Source: Torpedo marmorata
Lineage: Eukaryota
DNA: 64,000 nt
Assembly: GCA_977017645.1 (NCBI GenBank)
Contig: OZ360220.1
Span: forward strand, 157,914,001 to 157,978,000
Reading direction: 5' to 3'
Positions within the stretch are counted from its first letter, which is position 1, and every line of letters begins with the position of its first letter. Position numbers and translations under genes: made by a program. Positions 59,990 to 64,000 of this stretch are shown here, piece after piece. The notes below the pieces were generated by a model, which worked only from the letters and a program-made list of their open reading frames with translations, made no database searches and was not told where the DNA came from.

Positions 59990-60699
59990 GACCTTAGCGA
60001 AATGGCCTTTCTTCCCGCAGCTGGAGCAGGTCGCTTCTCGGGCCGGGCAACGTTATCGGGGGTGCTTTTCAAGTCTGCAGAAGTAGCATTTCTCAGACTC
60101 GCGGCTGACGGCTGCTGTCGTCGATTCACCGGCATGGTGTGGGGTCTGCGGTATCCACGGAGCCTGCGGGAGATCGCGCGCCTGTTTTGCATCAGAGTTC
60201 TGTAGCGCGGCCTCCAGTGTATCGGCCAGTTCGATCGCGGAACGGAAGGTGAGGTCAGCTTGCTCCAGCAGCCGCTGGCGCACATACACTGACTTGGTCC
60301 CCGTAACAAAAGAGTCTCTTACTAGGAGCTCTGCATGTTGTTCGGCCGTCAGTCCCTGGCAGTCGCAGGCCTGCACGAGTGTTTGTAGGGCCCGTACGAA
60401 CTCCACGCTTGACTCCTCGGGCCACTGCTGCCGTGTCTCGCATATACAGTATTAACAGGCCGTATATACTGCCTTTTAAGGGCATTCATAGCGTCTTCAT
60501 AAGTCTGCAGATCTCGGATCATGGAGTAGACTCGTGGGCTTACCCTAGAGAGGAGGACCTTGCATTTTGCGGTGTCTTCTTGTACTTTGATCTCCTCCAG
60601 GAACGACTCAAAACAGGCTAGCCAGAGTTCGAAAGCATTTCCAGCCTCTGGTGTTTGTGGATCGAGGTCCAGTTTGTCTGGTCTCAAGACATTCTCCAT
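59990..60699 (-). pseudogene. Gypsy gag, frameshifted
   Basis: MENVLRPDKLDLDP.., LVRDSFVTG..VRQRLLE, and zinc knuckles CYFC..HPR*RC and CSSCGKKGHFAKVC. Confidence 0.88.
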
Positions 60700-60722
60700 G
60701 CTTACAATTTTGCCAATAAAAT

Positions 60723-60956
60723 TGATGAGCCCATCAATAACTTCAAAAGACTAGAAGTTACACAAGAACTGAAAGGCTTTCATTGGCAAAAGAATGAAGC
60801 TACATTCGTGCTGGTGATCTGTCCCGGACTGGGGGAGGAGCGGTGGCACAATGGCCTTTATTCAGGGGGTCTGTGGGAGGAGCCACCGGGACAGTCAGCA
60901 GGGGCATGTCCAGACCTATCACCCAGCCCACAACCTATACATAGTGGTTTACCACA
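60723..60956 (-). repeat. 5' LTR (234 bp)
   Basis: Direct repeat of 56530-56764; its inner end lies just upstream of the gag ATG at 60699. Confidence 0.97.
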
Positions 60957-61789
60957 CAGTTATCTTCAGTATTTATTCATACCTGAAACAACTTTGTATT
61001 GATCTGTAAGGAAGAAAATCTGCTGTATTAAGAGTTGGATAACCCTTACTGTGATTCTAATTTTCCTCCTGACTTTAGTGGGTAAAAGATGTTTTGGTGC
61101 CATGAATTACTCTGAAATTGTAGATGTAAATTGTAATATGGATTTTCAAATATGTTTAGTTTTACCCCTACAAAGTCTCATGGAAGGAGATGCAACAAAA
61201 CGTAGTTTTGACATTGTACGTCAATATCCTAAGGAGCTGGCCTGATTTGGTTAATTTGGTAGAACACTGGGAAAAAATGGATCTGGTTAAACGAGTGGAT
61301 TAGTTAATGATTAGAAACAAGTTAGCATAGCATCATAGAAAGTTTGAAGGCCTATTAATTAATGCATAATTGGTCTTGTTAATATAATGCAGGAACAGTT
61401 TCCATCTAAATCTATAAATCTAATGCTATTTTCCAAAACAGAATACTGAACACTTAAGTACATTGCTCTTGCAAAAATTGCCATTCACATGAATGTACGG
61501 GTGCCTTATCACGAGAAGGATAGCGTCCCTAGAGACACTAGAAACTGCAGATACTGGATTATGCACAAGCATGGAGAAAGTGGAGGGACTCAGCAGGTCG
61601 GGCAGCACCCATGGAGAGAAACAGATCATCACCTGTTAGGGTTGGAACCTTTTATTGAGATGTGGCAGGCCTGTCTATCCCAAATCACCAGCTTTTTCAA
61701 ACATTGGTTTTTAAGAGATTTTCCCACAATGTTGCTGCAGAGGTTTTTGTGTAAACATAACAGCTGCCAGAAGTTTGCTAAAAGTTATG

Positions 61790-62155
61790 ACTAAAATTGT
61801 GAATGGAAGAGATAAGATAGAGGCAGGAAAGTTTTTTTCACTGGTCAGTGAGGGGACATGGCCTCAATATTCAGGGAAGTAGATATAGGTAGAGTTGAGG
61901 AGGAACTACTTCTCCCAGAGAGGAGTAAATCTGGGGATTTCTCTACCAAGGAAGCAGTAGAGGGTGCCTTGTTAAATATATTTAAGGCACAGATAGATGG
62001 ATAGATTTTTGCATACTAGGAAAATTAAGGATTATGGGGAAAAGGCAGGTAAGTGGAGCTGGATCCATGATCGGATCTGCCGTGATCTCACTGAATGGTG
62101 GAGCAGGCTTGAGGGGCCAGATGGTCGACTCCTGCTCCTACTTCTTGTTCTTATG
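61790..62155 (+). mobile_element. CR1 LINE 3' fragment
   Basis: RGH-like and RRNxFSQR coding remnants; tail ctcctgctcctacttcttgttcttatg. Confidence 0.8.
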
Positions 62156-62269
62156 AATATTGCTGCACAATGTGTTTGATATAGGAGAGCATCAGATGTT
62201 AACGACACCTACATTTTATTAATTTGTACGTGTGGAGATTACGTGTCCACAAGTAACTGGAGTCGATTC

Positions 62270-62460
62270 TTAGTGCAACACAAAACTCAGCAGGTCACAC
62301 AACATCTCTAGGATGTAAAGGGTAACCAACGTTTCGGGCCTTAGCCCTTCGTCAAGATATGAACAAAAAGCAGTCAGGTGCTTGAACGAGGAGGAGAACT
62401 TCTTCAGGGAAGGCATCCTTTGAAGAGACTTAGCAGTGGAGTTTTTGCTCATACCTTGAC
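62270..62460 (-). mobile_element. Penelope-derived short repeat with hammerhead-like motif (62328-62355)
   Basis: Minus strand UUGACGAA-GGGC(uaag)GCCC-GAAA-CGUU. Confidence 0.75.
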
Positions 62461-62769
62461 TTTCCTTCAAAAGTTTTAAACAGCGCAGCAAAACAAGAAT
62501 TAGCTCAGACCACAACCTTAACTCACTATAAAAGGAATCTTGAAAACAAGTCCAACAGCTTTGAAAAAAAAGTACCCTGTTATTGAAAGCCATGCTACAG
62601 TCTGTGGTAATCTCTTTTCATCCTAAAGTCCACACTCAAATTATTAGAGCAACTGGTCCTTGGAAGATGGGTCTGTAAACAGGCTGCTCACTCTTCTTAC
62701 ACAAGATCTATAAGCCGACAATAATTTTAGTGTCCAACTGACCTGCAGCTGCCCAATTCTAACTCTGTC

Positions 62770-62980
62770 CCCAAAACCCACACCCCAAATCCACACACTC
62801 ACACCCCCACACCCCATCCATCACACTCACACCCCAACTCCACACCTCACACCCCACACCATAACGCAACTCCACCCCCACACCCCAACCCTATCCCCCA
62901 ACCACACGCCCACACCCCCTAAACGCTATGTCCCCAACCCCACACCCCCAACCTCAACTCTACGCCCCCCTCCCCCCACA
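62770..62980. repeat. C/A-rich low-complexity tract, (CCCCA/CACA)n-like
   Basis: Read directly; G-run rich on the CRB2 sense strand. Confidence 0.8.
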
Positions 62981-64000
62981 ATTATCCATCGCTCTGTGTT
63001 GAGAGTGCTCTGGGTATATTAAGTCGGGCACTCACTTGTCAATGGCCCATGTATTTCCACCATCTTTACCATGTAATAAAAACCACCTGCTTCATCTGCT
63101 TTAAAGCACTCATTCTCGAACTTACAGAGTGGGGAAAACGCAGCTTGATGCAGTCAATTTTAGTTAAAAACTTAAATCTACCTTCAAACATCTTGACGTT
63201 AAATTATTTATTCTTGTATGAGATTGGGCACTTTGAAAACCTGAATAAAAAAGGGATTAAACCCTTGATGTTCTCTGGTCCAATTGCAGTCAGTTGATAG
63301 GCCAAGGGTTAGGGTTAGGTGAAGAGAAGACTCCAATAAGACAAACTAAATGCAGTCTTTTATTCATGATCTGTTCTGATTGCTGCACTTACAGTAATAA
63401 CATAAACATCCAGCAAATGTTTGCAACTTCTATAATACTTTGTGTCATCTTTTTAATGTTTCCGATGAGTAACAAGCTGTTAACATAATGAAGCTGCTTG
63501 AATAATAGACTCCTTCACTATATCTTAATCTTAATGCTAATTGCACATGCAGAAGCAGCATGATAAAACACACAATCATGTGTCTCTGAGATTACCAATT
63601 AACGCCACAATTCCATCGGTGACAAAAGATTCCTGCTATCCTCACCAAAATCACTGTCAGTCACATCTGCTGGTGAACCTGGGCCAATGCTCATTCAGAT
63701 AAACATCCCAGCAGGAAGTGCCATGTGAGCGTGTCACTGGGTTGGGTAATTATGCTAAGTGCCACTGGTATGAGCAAAATCCAACTCAATGCATTTTGTA
63801 AAAGTTTTTGATGGAAAATGGAAAGCGCACACTGGGAAGGAAGGGGCGCACTCAGTAGTAAACACACAAATGGTTTATTCCTATGCAATCAGTGAGATTC
63901 GGGAAAAGTTAGTGGACAAAAATAAGACCATAAGACATAGGAGCAGAAATAGGCTATTCAGTCCATCGTGTCTATCCCACAATTTAATCATGAGCTGATC

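Larger units (their letters stand above)
56530..60956 (-). mobile_element. Full-length Ty3/gypsy LTR retrotransposon (Mag-like gag with two CCHC knuckles) in the CRB2 last intron, decayed
   Basis: LTRs are TG..CA, TSD CAGT (56526-56529 and 60957-60960), PPT at 56765-56776, domain order gag-PR-RT-RH-IN. Confidence 0.97.

Noticed and set aside
63305-63320. Interstitial telomeric repeat
   Set aside because: Only about two TTAGGG units, compatible with chance.

Overview
Vertebrate nuclear DNA. The repeat content (CR1, Rex1, HE1-type V-SINE, many Penelope-like elements) points to a cartilaginous fish, probably a ray; this is inference. The window holds the convergent 3' ends of two genes in the same tail-to-tail arrangement as human 9q33. 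DENND1A/connecdenn-1 is on + (five coding exons, 754-37896, ending in WETFE). CRB2 is on - (last exon 54306-54527, ending in ERLI). Introns and the intergenic gap contain a 5'-inverted L1 with a 14-bp TSD, a full-length but decayed Ty3/gypsy element with a 4-bp TSD, a probable solo LTR, two long Penelope-like (RT + GIY-YIG) copies, about 15 short Penelope-derived repeats with minimal hammerhead-like motifs, a 5S-derived SINE, and minisatellites. The most interesting observations: (1) a candidate second CRB2 terminal exon, absent from the ORF track, encoding a transmembrane helix with a 7-aa tail that lacks the FERM- and PDZ-binding motifs; (2) a gypsy element with no tRNA primer-binding site, where that position instead pairs with its own LTR; (3) the hammerhead-bearing Penelope family and inverted copies of local DNA at its junctions. 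All calls were made by eye without database searches. Edges of old repeats are approximate.
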